Source: Spizellomyces punctatus DAOM BR117
Taxonomy: Eukaryota
Assembly: GCA_000182565.2 (NCBI GenBank)
Contig: KQ257471.1
DNA: 64,000 nucleotides
Direction: 5' to 3' (one strand)
The notes beneath the pieces were generated by a model, which ran no database searches, was not told the origin of the DNA, and worked only from the letters and a program-made list of their open reading frames with translations. This document shows positions 27,997 to 41,200 of this stretch, piece after piece (the first letter of the stretch is position 1; every line of letters starts with the position of its first letter). The position numbers and the translations under genes were made by a program.

Positions 27997-28123
27997 GGAC
28001 GTAACCTTCCACAGTAGTGGAGAAGTCTCTCTCACGAAAAATGGGTGACAAATTGCGAGCAGCATATGCTGGAACAATGCATATTACCTGGAAGGAACCC
28101 TGAAACCCCAGGGCTTTCCAGAT

Positions 28124-30917
28124 ATGGAAGTCTGTGCAACAGAGGTATTACCTGCCCTTGCACATGCCAGACTCAGACACGTAGGACAACATGTCCTAGG
28201 AAAGATGGCATCGGCTATGCTTGGCTGGCCCATAGTGGGGGCTCACAGTCATATGGACTGTGAGGCATGCATACTCAGAAAATCATCCCATACACCATTT
28301 CCAGCAGCCAACAAGGAACCAAGAGAACTTTGTGAGCTGATTCACTCCAATCTACAAGGACCCTTCCGAATTACAGGCCTGACTGGAGAATGCTATGCTC
28401 TCACATACATTGAACACACCTCGAGGTATGGCATTATCTACTGCATCCCAAACAAGGAAGCAGAAACCATCCTCTCCAAATTCAAGGAGTATAAGGCATG
28501 GATTGAATGCACCATGGACAAGAAAATATGCACTGTGCATACGGACCGAGGAGGTGAATATAATGGTGTCTTCCACAAGTACCTCACGGACTGTGGGATC
28601 CAGCACCAACAAACTATGGCATACTCAAGTCAACAGAATGGTATCGCTGAGCGCTGGAACCATACCAGCTTAGGGTGAGTATGCACCATCTTTGTGGACA
28701 TGAAACTGCCATGGAAACTGTGGGCCATCCTAATACAAATGGTGACCTACCTCCACAACCTTACCCCCAACTCCTTGGGCGATAAAACTCCCCATGAGCT
28801 GCTGTTCCAATGCCACCCCAACGTCATGCACCTGAGGCGCATCAGCTGCGTTGCCTATGCCCACGTCCCATCTGCTGGTAGGGACAAGATGGCCAACAGA
28901 GCTAGGAAAACATACCTAGTGGGGTATGCCCAACAAGATGGCACCAAGGCCTACCTTGTCTGGGATCCGGTACGCAACACCATCGTGACCTCCAGGGACA
29001 TCAAATTTAATGAAGATGCCCCTCTTGAACTCAAATATCAGCAGGACCCTAGCACTATGGATCTGCTGGATGAGACCACTTCCAATGACGATCAGGAGTA
29101 TCAAATTGACTACATCATGGATGAATGCTGGACTCGCGTGCACAAGCCCGAATACCTTGTGAAATGGCTATAAGGACCCTACCTGGGAACCCCGAGTCAC
29201 TGTCGATGACACACAAGCACTGGACACATGGGAAAACCGCATCCAAGCATACACCGTCGACGCACATACAGGGAAAGTAAACCCTGAGTCCCTCACCTTC
29301 AAACAGGCGATGGCTACCCCTGATACCAATGATTACCTGATAGCCTGCCAACAGGAAATTGAATCCCTGAAGGCACACAGCACATACGTCACTGTACCGC
29401 ATCCGCCCCATAAGCGCATAATTGGCACAAAGTGGGTTTGCTGCAAAGTATTCAACCCTGACAGCACATTCAAGAAATACAAAGCCAGAGCAGTATGCCA
29501 AGGCTTCACCCAAAGGCCAGGAATCGACTTCAATGATATGTATTCCCCAACCTTACCACTTCCAATCCTCTGCCTCTTCCTCATGTACATGGTCCAACAT
29601 GGATTGGACATACACTCAATGGATGCCATCACTGCTTTTCTCAACAGCAAAATGGACAAGGAAGTCTTCATTGAGCAATTTGAGGGCTTTGAACTACCCA
29701 ACAAGCCAAGGAAAAGCTGGGTACTGATGCTGAAAAAGGTGCTATATGGCCTGAAGCAGTCACCCCTCCTCTGGTACCAAACCCTTAGAACTGCCCTGGA
29801 AGAACTCGGCTACCGCATGGTGGAAATAAGCCCCTGTGTGTTCTACAAGTATGCCGCGCCAGGGCGCACCAACTCCGACATTCAGCCATCCCTGTCAATG
29901 CTCATAATCATAATGATCTTCATGGATGATCTACTGATCCTCACCAAGGATCCTGAACAAATGAACAAGTCAAAGAAGGAGCTTCATAGTAAGTTTTCCT
30001 TTATGGACCAAGGTCACATAACCAACCATCTAGGACTGGCATATGAGTATGACATCTCCGCGGACATAAGGACCCTCAAGTTCTCCAACCTGATGTATAT
30101 TGACAACCTGCTTGACCATTTCAAATTAATGAACTGCCACGCAATTGCCACACCATATGCTGTGTCCACACACAGTCAACAGATGCAAGAATCAGCACAT
30201 TTCCCTAACCCCAAGATATACCAAGAAGCAGTGGGGGCCCTTACTTGGGCTTCCATCTCATGGCGATGGGATATTGCCACTGCGGTCGGATATGTTGTGC
30301 ACAACGTCAGCACACCTACCCAATGTGATTGGGAGGCAGTCAAGTGTATCTTCAAATATCTGAAAGGAACAAGGGACTTTGCCATTACCTACACATCCCT
30401 GGAGAAAGATCCCTGCGGTCTCAGGGTGTATATGGATGCGGACTATGAAGGCAACCTCTCGGATTGCAAATCTACGTCTGGCTTGCTAGCTACCTGGAAT
30501 GGCTACCCCATCCATTGGAAAAGCAGCAAGCAAACCTGTGTTGCCCATAGCACCACAGAAGCAGAGTACATCGCAGCAAGTGTGGGATTCAGAGAGATCC
30601 TCTGGATATGCCAAATCCTCGCGGATGTGTTTAGGCCCATTGCTGGCTTCCAGCTCCTACCCACCCCTCTCCATATTGACAATGAGAGTGCTGCCACTTT
30701 AGCCCAAACCAAGGCCATAAACCAACACATGAAACATATTGATGTGCATTACCATGGTATACGTGGAGGCATTGCGGATAAACAAATTGCAATTCTGGAC
30801 ACGGATACGAAGGAGCAGATGGCTGATTACTTCACCAAGCCATTAACCCAGGAGGATCATAATCGATTGAGACAGAGAATCCTGAGTGGACTGGATAATA
30901 TTCAAATGTGCGCGTGA
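28124..30917 (+). pseudogene. pol: Copia pol (integrase, chromodomain, RT, RNase H) with stops and frameshift
   Basis: ORF pieces 28124-28678, 28694-29173, 29310-30917. Confidence 0.9.
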
Positions 30918-31000
30918 CCCACGTACGTGGCAGCAAACTTTGTGGAAGTGCAACTGGATGATAATGGTGGAATGCAAAAAATGAATATGAATAATATTAT

Positions 31001-31870
31001 CTACACAGCAACACCCAAACCACCCAAACCACCAAGTCCGCCTGCTCAGCCTGCACCACCAAATCCACCAAAGGGACCAAAAGGACCATCCCAACCCTCC
31101 AAATCTTCACCCTCCAACTCCTCCTCTGTCTCCTCCTCCTCCTCCCCTCTCATCACCTCTGCAAACTCCTCCCCCTCATCCGTCACCACCTCTTCCAAGA
31201 GCCTGGTCAGCTTCGCGATCTCATCACGTACTGCCCCAGCAGCCTTCTTCTTTGCTCTGTGGGCTTTCTCACGCTGGACTTCACTGGGAGGGAAGGCAGG
31301 CAGCCTTCCTCTTCTCCAAGATCTATTAAGGGCCAGATCTTGGAGACCACAATATGTGCCCAGCACCCCCAAACAGATGGGACTGTGTACGGGGAGTGAC
31401 CGCATAACATCTCATTCAGTCCTGGCCAGGCCCAAATGCCTTTGCAACACCTCTTCCCGGTCTTTCCAGTGCTGCAAAAAGGTGCACCAATGAGCTGCCT
31501 CTACAAACTCCTCCTCCACTGCACTCAGCTCGCACGCAGGCTTGGGTACCTTCCCCACCGCTGTGGCCACCTTTCTCTTGGCTGTCAACACCACAGCCTC
31601 AAAAACCCCTCTCCTGCGTCTCTCCTCCAAAACAGGAGTCTCCCTTGCTCTGCCTGATCGTCCCGCACTCGACCCCACACTTGGCGTGGTGGTCTTGGCC
31701 TCTGAAGGAGGAGGGGCTTGGAAAAGCCCCGGTTGCTCCGTAGGGACCAAAGGGACATTGGAACTGGCCACGGAGCTCTCCGCCGTCATCTTGCACAACC
31801 GCCGCAAGAACAAGGTACGCAAAGTTTCACTGGGAACTTTGCCTTTCCCCTTCTCTTCCTTGGGGGCCAT
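31001..31870 (-). pseudogene. Antisense ORF 3' of copia pol (~290 aa, interrupted by TGA)
   Basis: 31412-31870 and 31046-31405 are in one frame; MAPKEEKGKGK start, acidic and Gly-rich tail. Confidence 0.55.
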
Positions 31871-32200
31871 AATACAAAAAAAAAAAAAACTGGAAACACC
31901 ATTAGCAGCTAGCCAAATGAGCTCTGCAAGTCCACAATGCTGTTGTGGCAGGTCTTACAGTTGATAGAAGTCTGTGTGAAAGTGTAGAAAGTTGGTGGGC
32001 GATGGGTTCTTGTCTTGTAAAGAAAAATAGCAGTTCAGACTTTTGACAGGTCTGAGTGGGGGTGTTAGCAATCACAGGTAGCAGACCTCTAAGCCACTTA
32101 ACCGCTATGCCATGCGGGCGCATCTTCACTGCGCCACGCGCATCGCTAGATTTCTTTTGCGTTGCTAGCTAGTATATTCAATAGTGACTTCTTAGCATAC

Positions 32201-32739
32201 TGTAAGGTAGACCTGTCCTTTGGTATTCGCACGCAAGTGCAAACTTAGATTTTTGCAACGCGTCTCTCATATCCCCATATATAGCTATAGTGATCATGTA
32301 GCCATGTATGGCCAAAGTATGGCACAGCACGTAACAGTAGTTAGATTATGTAAGCCCCGCCGCACCAATGACCTGTCAAAGTCGTTCGGTTCTGCGGCAG
32401 CCCCGTAGTTGGAAGATCATTTGTCCCTTTATTTTGCTAGTGCCAATCACTTCCGATTGGTGCAAGAGGGACTGCACTGGCAGAGGTGGGAAATCTCATG
32501 CCGACACCCTGCCGAAGGAGGGAGCAAGCATAAAAGAGCGCTGCTCCAAAGCCCCTCAAGGAGGAGGGCAGGAAGCAAGGAAAAAACTAGAAGAACAACT
32601 AGCCTAGTTAGCACGCAAGGAACTATCAATAGTTCCCTTTCTCTTGTATTAACAACAAAGTCTTTATACAGCCCTCTCGCAGGGCCCAACAATTTGCAAG
32701 AAAACGTTGACTGAAGCAATCTGGTCGATTGACATTACA
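32201..32739 (+). repeat. 5' LTR of element B
   Basis: TGTAAGGTAG...CATTACA; diverged copy at 48114-48654. Confidence 0.93.
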
Positions 32740-35700
32740 TGGTAGCACCACCTGAGACTACCACACATGATACGGAATCAGAAGACATTCGACCCTCTAT
32801 CATCTTCGACCCATTCGCCTCTGATAAAAACTCAGAAGCTTCTACCTTCAGCCCAGAGCCCCGTGAACAATCCAAAATGTCCAAAGATGATCACCCGTTC
32901 ATCACCATCAAGGAAGAGGGAGAGGACCCAGTCTTCCAATTCGAGGCTGTACCATGGAACAACCAGCCGCCGCAAGAACCAGGGCCCGCACCGATGCCAC
33001 CCCCACCACAGCTGCCAATCCCTCCAGGCACTGGTCATCTAGACAGGCTCCTGGTAACCCTCACCAACCTAGCGCAACAGCAAGCATTCGGGAACGTGAT
33101 CACGCAACAAGCTGCGGCCAATGCTGCAGCTGCCCGCCGCATTGAGCGCCAGCAAGAAATGATGATTAATGCAATGCTCAGCACACTCAGGGCATGGTTG
33201 CATATGTACAATGGCACACCAGATGCTCGTCAACTAGAAGAGTTCCTAGGAGCCCATAGGAGCTACCTTTGTGTTGCACATGCTAATGAAGGAAGAAGAT
33301 CGGATGTGGAGGCACATATCCAAACCTATCTCACAGGTCCAGCTTTAGATTGGTGGCACAACTGGGCTAGCTTCAACCATCATGCCAATACCCTTGAGGA
33401 GCTGGAAACTGCCTTTGTTCACAGGTTCATCCCCCATGACTCTCGAAATAATCTCCACCAGCGGTTCTGGAACTTAATCATGGGCCAGAGTGTCACAGAG
33501 TACACCCAGGCCTTTAATGCCCTTGTGGGAGAGGATATCTTAGGCCATCGACTTACAGGCTGACCTAGAATACCAGATGCCAACATTCTGTGATACTATA
33601 TGGAGGGCATATGCTGAAACCGTGGAGTAGGAGAAGCATTATATAATCATCTCATCTCAATGAAAACAATGCTGTCACTAATGAATGATGAAGAAGATAT
33701 ATTGGTCCCCCTACAGCAGAGCCTTCATATGGCATATAATGATCAGGGACTCATCAATCGAATTGGTGCGCCCGCACCATCCTCAACCACACCAAGTCGC
33801 CTGTCCACTTGTGGACGAGGATCCTTCTGTGGCTGCATGACATCCACAGTAACCCGAGGTGCCACTTGGCCAGTAACGAGAGCAAGCTCTGGCATTGTTT
33901 GCAATAACTGCAGAGGAAGAGGGCATTATGCTCGTCAATGCCCATCCACTCCAGTACAAGCTGCCCCGTACCCCACGCAGTCGCCACGAGGTCCAGGAAG
34001 TCCTCGTGGACCCGGACAACCCTCTACCAGAGGTACAGGACCAGGAAGGGGATGTGGGGTCAGAATGTCCCAATCCCAGGTTCAATCAACAACAACTGAA
34101 CACCCTCCAATTGAGTACCAATCCATGGAGGTTGACGAGCCCACCTGGGCAGAGCAAGAGGAACCATCCTCAATTGAAGAAATCTTTGAGGATGAATGAA
34201 CGGAGGATTTTTAGCAAAGCCGCTGACTGCCCTGATCCCTTCAATGGCTATGGTACACATGCACGAGGTCATTGTACCATGACTACCAGATCAGGACCAG
34301 AAGGAAGAACCATTACATTGCAATGACCCCAAGATCAAAAGTCCTGAGATTGAGGAACCCTTCATTATCCATGGATGTATTGGCGATAAGTTTGCTAGAA
34401 TATTATTCGACACTGGATGTACAAGCTACCTCATCAACAAGAAGTTTGCAAACTGACATCATTTCGAACAGTATGCTCCAGAGCAACCCCTTCGGATAAA
34501 ATGGGGCGAAGAAGGTTCTCAGAGCCTATCAAACTTGATGATAACCTCTTCACTAGTCTTGTCCAATTCACAACCTCGAGGATTCATAAACCTCGGGAAG
34601 ATCCCTTTCGTTGTAGCAAACATTGGCATTGATGCAGTGATAGGGTTACCTCTATTAAAACTCCTTAAGCAAGTCTCCATCGATTGGACAGCACAACAAC
34701 CAACCCTTCGGTTTAACTTTAACAATGTGAGCCATAACATCGAAGTGCAATGGACCAGCAGAGCATGGAAGCCACTGCCTCATATAATGCCGCCCATCTG
34801 AGAGGATTCGGCAAACATCCCTCATGGTTTATTCAACCCAAGATGATATGGGATGAATGCTCCTCCAAGCGATTCGACAAAGATATCAAATGTAACAGAT
34901 ACCTGACAGCATGGAGGATCCAACCAGAGGAAGTCGATGATCGCTATGTGAGTTTCCATGTAGCAAGGCTCTACGCAAAAGGCAAGAAAAGAAAAGGAGA
35001 GTTTGACACAGCCGATAATGGATGCACAGGATTCCTTAGGGTTACACTCAATAAATAAAACAACACGCTTTTTACCGAGAATGGCGAGTTCCCCCCAGAC
35101 AGAGGGGAAGACAATTTTAGCATTGAACTCCTTCCTGGAGCTAAACCACTCACATACCCCTTACGGCATATGAGTACCAATGAGTTAGAGGAGCTTCATC
35201 GACAGCTCAATGACCTCCTAGCAAAAGGACGAATATGACACTCCACTAGCCCCTGGGGAGCCCAGATAGTGTTTGCCAAGAAGAAGGATGGGGGATTATG
35301 AGTATGTTTAGACTATCGAGGACTAAACGCCATAACCAAAAAGGACTGGACCCTGCTACCAAATCTACAAGAGATGCAAGATTGTGTAGCTGGTGCAAAG
35401 TTCTTCACAAGTATCAACATCAAAGACACTTACCATCGCATTAGAATAAACCCATGCGATGTGGAAAAGACCGCCATTCATACACGATTTGGACACTTTG
35501 AGTATCTGGTAATGCCTTTCGGATTAACTAATGCTCCAGCTGCATTTCAGCGCCTCATCAACAAGATCCTTGGCCTGCATTATGATGACCTAGTCCTCGC
35601 CTACCTCAATGACATCCTGGTATTCTCCAGGACAATGGAGGAACACCAGAAGCATGTAGATATTGTGCTTCAAGTCCTAACTGAACACAAACTCTATGTG

Positions 35701-37562
35701 AACCCAGCCAAGTGTATGTGGGGACAACCTGAGGTTGAGTTCTGTGGACATATTATCAGATGAAATGGAATACGGATTGCTCCTAGCAAGATCCTAGCTG
35801 TCCAAGACTGGCCACAGTTGCGAAACCATCATGATGTCCAATGATTCTTAGGATTAACTAATTACTTCATTGACTTCATCAACCGATATGCAGAAATTGT
35901 GATGCCCCTCTCACAACTACAATCTGGAAAGAAAACATGGCAATGGAAAGAAGAAGAAAAAGCGGCATTCGAAAAGATCAAAAATGCTATTACCACTGCA
36001 CCTGTCCTGGTGACCTTCGACCTGACTAAAGACACTTTCATCTTCACTGACTCATCAGGATTTGCGATCGGCAGATGGCTAGCCCAGACCACAGACCCGG
36101 AAGATGAGATACCATCTCCGCTGCTGAAAACCATTCAAGAACTTAAAGTGCTACCCCATCTATGACCAGTCTCATTTTACTCCCGTAAGATGAAACCTGC
36201 TGAGATGCAGTATCCAGTTCATGAACAGGAACTTTTAGCCCTAGTCAAGTTCTTGAAACATAACTGCCCATATCTGATCGGTATCTTCTTCCACACCTTC
36301 ACTGACCATAAAAGTCTGATCTACCTCCAGATGCAGCCACATCTTTCCTGACGACAAGCAGGATGGGTTGAAACATTACAACAATTTGACATGATGATCA
36401 AATACATGCCCGGACAAGTTAACCATGTTGCGGACATTCTTTTGCAGAACCCACACTATGCACCCCAATGTACAGAGTGTCAACAATGAATCCAGTTGCA
36501 AGCCATATTAGTTGCCAGCACCGAGACCATGCTAATGCCATTTAATCACAAAGAATGGATTCAGCCACTGAACCAAGACAATTATGCCCTTACAATAATC
36601 AAGATGTTGAAGACAACACCAGCCCATGCCTTAGGATCAAGGCTACAATGCTATGCAATACAAAATGACCTCCTAACTTATGAGAAGGACTGGCTATATG
36701 TACCAGAAATGGAGCATACTAGAATCTTACAGCAATATCATGACAGCCTAATAGATGGCTCACACAAAGGCCAACAACACACATTAGCTAAAATTCTATG
36801 AAAATTCTACTGGCCTCACCTCGAACGTGACGTCTATGCATACATTCGGACTTGTCCTGAATGCCAACAATACAAGAACCCTTTATGAAAGCATGGGTTT
36901 TTGCGACCATTACCAATCCCTAATAGTCGATGGCATACAATCAGGTTTGATATGACTTATATGCCTCCGGGCAATAGCACCCATGGATTCCAACCCGACA
37001 CCATTCTTTGTTTTGTCAACTACTTGACTAACTGGACCATCCTCGTACCAACACTCCAAGCTTCCAACACTTGTGATCTTGCACAGACATATTTGTCCCA
37101 AGTCTACAAGAATGTAGGAGCATCCAGGATCTTTATTACTGACCACAACCTGAAAGCCCTTTCCAATTTTTTTGAGGCCTTCTGTAAAGTCCTTGGTACG
37201 AAACACCAATTTGCTAGCACCCGACACCAACAAACTGATGGCAAATGCGAATGGATGATACAGACAGTAAAGTCCATATATCAGCTGTACCTCAACTATG
37301 CAGCAGATAATTGGCCACAGTATCTTCCTCTCCTCAAGTTCACATTGAACAACACCCCGAATCAACATGGACTGACACCATTCAAGGCAGATATTGGGCA
37401 AATGCCCTTACAAGTGGATGGAGTCATTACTTCCACAGAACTCCAAATGATGAAACCTATCGACCGAAATGAGATTAAGGACATCAAAAAAGCAATGGAT
37501 GAAATAGCTGTAATTGTTCAACACCACATGAAAGAACTACAGGATAAATATGCAGAACACTA
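32739..37562 (+). pseudogene. gag-pol of element B (many TGA stops; YLDD mutated to YLND)
   Basis: Fragmented ORFs 32739-33563, 33660-34199, 35374-35763, 35899-36165, 36496-36801, 36901 onward. Confidence 0.88.
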
Positions 37563-38161
37563 TGTAACGGATTTTTTGTTGGTAGACTACAGTAAAGACA
37601 ACTTGGGTCTCCTAGCAGGTTGTGTGGGTGTCCGTACTAGGAATCGTAGTCTCCAAATCCTTTCTTTGGGCGTCGGTAGCGACTTGAGGGCGAGAGGCAA
37701 GGAGAGTCGGTTAGTTGTGAACCGAGCAGGATTTAGAGGCTTCGGTACGGGTGATCAGGCCGTTGAAGCGCTCTGTTAGGTTCCTGTTAACCTAAGATTG
37801 GAGTTGAGAAGCGAGTTATGGGGATTTTTGTCGCTACGGCTTCTGCCCCCGACTTATTTTATTGAATACATCCTTTTTATACAAGATTCTTGGATAAACT
37901 GTTAAACTAAACTAAACTAATGGGTGTCGCTGCACCGCAACTGATTTATTGGTGGCGGTACCGATCTCTTCCTTTTCCGCACTGGCTCGGGCCTCCACAG
38001 GTTGTACGAGGCACGCTGAAATCTAATGCGCCAATTGCCATTCTCCGAACCGGTTTTTTCGGTCGCGGTAACCCAATCGGTGGAGTTGGTCACGCGATTC
38101 GTGCTTCCCGCGTCCGATTTGGGCTTACTCGCGATCTCTCGAAGACGTCCTCGTCGTTACA
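37563..38161 (-). repeat. 3' LTR of element C
   Basis: TGTAAC...GTTACA, near-identical to 46456-47055. Confidence 0.95.
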
Positions 38162-38218
38162 TCCCCCCTTTGAAGAGCCAACGCACCGGCGCTCCGAGCG
38201 GGGGTGTTGGGACGTCAA

Positions 38219-41200
38219 TTACCAGGTCGGTACCGGATCTGTGGGGTCCGCTTCATCTGCATCTTGGTTCACGACCCAGATGATACTGGCACGGCCACCG
38301 ACGTTGCAACAAAACCAGATTTGATCTGTTGCGGTACGAACGATGGTACCCGGGGTCACGTCGGGGCCAGTTCTGGTTACGTAGAGGGCCGTAAAGGTCT
38401 CCGCGGCCCTTTTCAGGTTTGTCGCGCGGAAATGGTACTCCGCGTGCTCGTGATGTCGGGGTCTGGTGAGCCTTGCAGAGGCTTCCGCTGCGTTCGCCGT
38501 CCTTAGGAGCACCGTCCTAGCTGCTTCAATGACGGCGGACGCAAACTCGTGGGCGTCGTCGTTCGGCCAATCGGTGAACGGAGCCGTTTTTCGGCTTCCC
38601 GCCTCGTGTTGGGGAACCCCGCGGTCGAGCCAAGCGGCGCACGGAGCTGGGCGCCCTCTTTTTCCGGGTTTTTTCGCGTCAGCAACTATTCCGACCGCTG
38701 CTTCACCACCATCGGTGGCCTTGCTGTAGGGGTCCGCGATGTGGTTTGTGAGGGGCTGGCCCACCGCGTAAGGTTTCGGAGCGTCGACTCCCAGCCAAAA
38801 CTCATGCCCTGGAGTCTGCAGCGGCGCGTTGGGGTTGGTCCGAAGCTGATGAACCCAGGAGTGAACCCAGGTAGCGATCGCAACCCCAAGGCGATCCAGC
38901 ACGCCCTCGGCCTCGAAGTCGCCCGAGTCTTCCTCCCAAGGGTAGCCGGACATGTACGTGGAGGGTACGCTCACTCCTGCTTGTCCTCTGAGATCGGTGT
39001 TCATTGTGTTAGAAATGGAAGTTTTAGTTTCGGTGTCGATAGAAGGGGTTTGCGAAGCAGAGTGAGTGTGTAAGGGAAGTAGGTCGTGGGCGGTTGAAGA
39101 AGAAAAAAGAGGGGGAGCGTGCAGGGGCGTCCTTTTAAGGTCGTCGCCGGCTGATTTTGACAGCTCGGACGCGCGTAAGCGTGATCGGGAGGCTTGGTGT
39201 GGCGTTCTCGACTGGTGAGGTAAGCCACGCGAAACTGGTTTTCTTTCTGGTGAGAGGGCGTGATTATCACGTGAGCTATCGTCCGGATAAACCGCGAAGC
39301 ATTGGTGGTCGGAAGCATAAGCCGTATCTTCCGGGGCGTCGCCTGCAAGGCTGACTACCAAAGAGTCCTCTACTAGCGCGCTAGTGGGAGCTCTGGATCT
39401 CCAGTACTCTTCTAAGGCTTCGGAAGCCTCTGTTAGGGCTTCCTCTGGTTCCCAGGTATCCTCATGGGGTGGGTATCCGGACCAACGTATTCGAAATTGA
39501 CGTTTTCCGCGCCTGGTTCGATGGTCTACTATCGCTTCCACTTCAAACTCGCCATCTGAAGCGTCGGAATCCTCCGCTTGTGCTTCCGCGACCTTTTCCT
39601 CAGTTTCGGCGTCGACAGGCTTCTGGTACGGACGTAATTTCGATATGTGAAACCATGGATGAAGTCGTCTCATCTTGTCTGGCAGTTTTAACTCGTAGTT
39701 GTCGCGGAGAGGGTTACAGTCGGTCACCGTGACTGGTCCCAGCCATTTCGGAGCGATCTTGGACTCATACCCTGCTAGGTTTTTCGTGCTCAGAAGCACC
39801 TTATCTCCTCTCCGGAACTCCAAATGTCGTCGCGATAAATCGTAATATCTTTTCTGCGAATCCTGGGCTTCGATCATCAGATCTCGGATAAGGATGTTTA
39901 GGTCGCCGAGGTGTTTACAGAGCTCTTCCGCATCTGCATTTCTGGTTTCTGACGGCCTTTCAACGATGTCCGCCAGTGGATTGTGGGGCTCATAGCCTAG
40001 GTCCATTCTGAATCGCGTCATTTTTGTCGCCTCGTGTACCGTATCGTTGATAATGAATTCCGCAACCGGAAGAAAGGTGTCCCAGTCGTCTAATCGGGTG
40101 TTGACCATTGTGGTAAGGACCTGCAAGACCGTTGCGTTGTCTCTTTCTGATTGTCCATCACCTTGAGGGTGGTAGGCTGTGGTGAGCTCTTGATTAATCT
40201 TTAGGTTTTTGCAGACCTCCTGCCAAAATCGACTCGTAAATTTGGAGTCGCGGTCCGAGATAATGGTCTCCGGGATGCCGTGCAATGGGACGTAGCGCTC
40301 TATAAAGAGTTCCGCGACCTGAATAGCTGTCGCAGTGCTCTTGAGGGGCCATACGTGGATCCTCTTTGAGCATTTACATGCTATTAACCAAAAGGCGTCG
40401 TACCCTCTGGAAGTAAGTGGGAGCTTGGTTACGAAGTCAGTCGTGATGACTGTCCAGCGTCCCGGAGCTGGTGGTATGGGTTTCAGCAACCCCGGAATCA
40501 GTTGCGGTACCCTTTTTGAGCGTTGACAGGTTTCACATCCTGCGCAGTGTTTTCTGAAATCTTGTGCCATTTTCGGCCACCAGACTTGCGCTGCAGCTCT
40601 AGCGTAGGTTCTTTCGAATCCGAAGTGTCCTCCCCCCTCGTGAAAAAGCTTGCGCACCTCAGGGGTGCAAGCAGGGGGCACGTAAAGGCGCCAAAGGTCT
40701 TCGGAGACTGAAAAACGGTGCCACAGCAGGTTATCTGCACGTTGCCAGTCCTGAAGAAAGCGCGTGTCGGCGGTAGTGTACGTGTCGGGGCTGGTCTCCC
40801 ATAGGAGCGTGCGGGCCTGTTGGGCTATGGGGTGGAGCTGGCCGGTGAGGCCAGCGCGGATGGCGGCAATGAGTGCAGGCTGTAAGGCCAGACGAAAGAC
40901 GGCATCTGCCAGTGTCGAGGAAGGTGCGAGAGCAGCTGGTGTGGTGCGCAGCCGTCGTCTTCCGCGTTTCGACACCCATATTTGGGTCGCGGTGGAGCAG
41001 AGTAGAGTTCCGCGCCAAGTAGCCCGCGAAAGTGTATCAGCGACTATGTGGCAGCGTCCTGGTTTGTGTACGATTGTCATCCATTCGGACCAGTAACTAA
41101 GATCGAGGGCCCAGCGGAGGAGCTTTCGGTTCTCGCCTTTGTATTTGGCGAGCCACAAAAGAGCTCGGTGATCGGTAATGACCGTGAAAGGCAGGCCTTC

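Larger units (their letters stand above)
27997..32200 (+). mobile_element. Decayed Ty1/copia internal region (no LTRs visible)
   Basis: Order IN-RT-RH: HARLRH...CEAC, TDRGGEY, QQNGIAER, YKARAVCQGFTQRPGIDF, LYGLKQS, STTEAEY, ADYFTKPL. Confidence 0.92.

Noticed and set aside
30927-31493. Plus-strand Pro/Ser-rich ORF after copia pol as an env-like gene
   Set aside because: Low-complexity mirror of the Glu/Gly-rich antisense ORF; no signal peptide or TM segment
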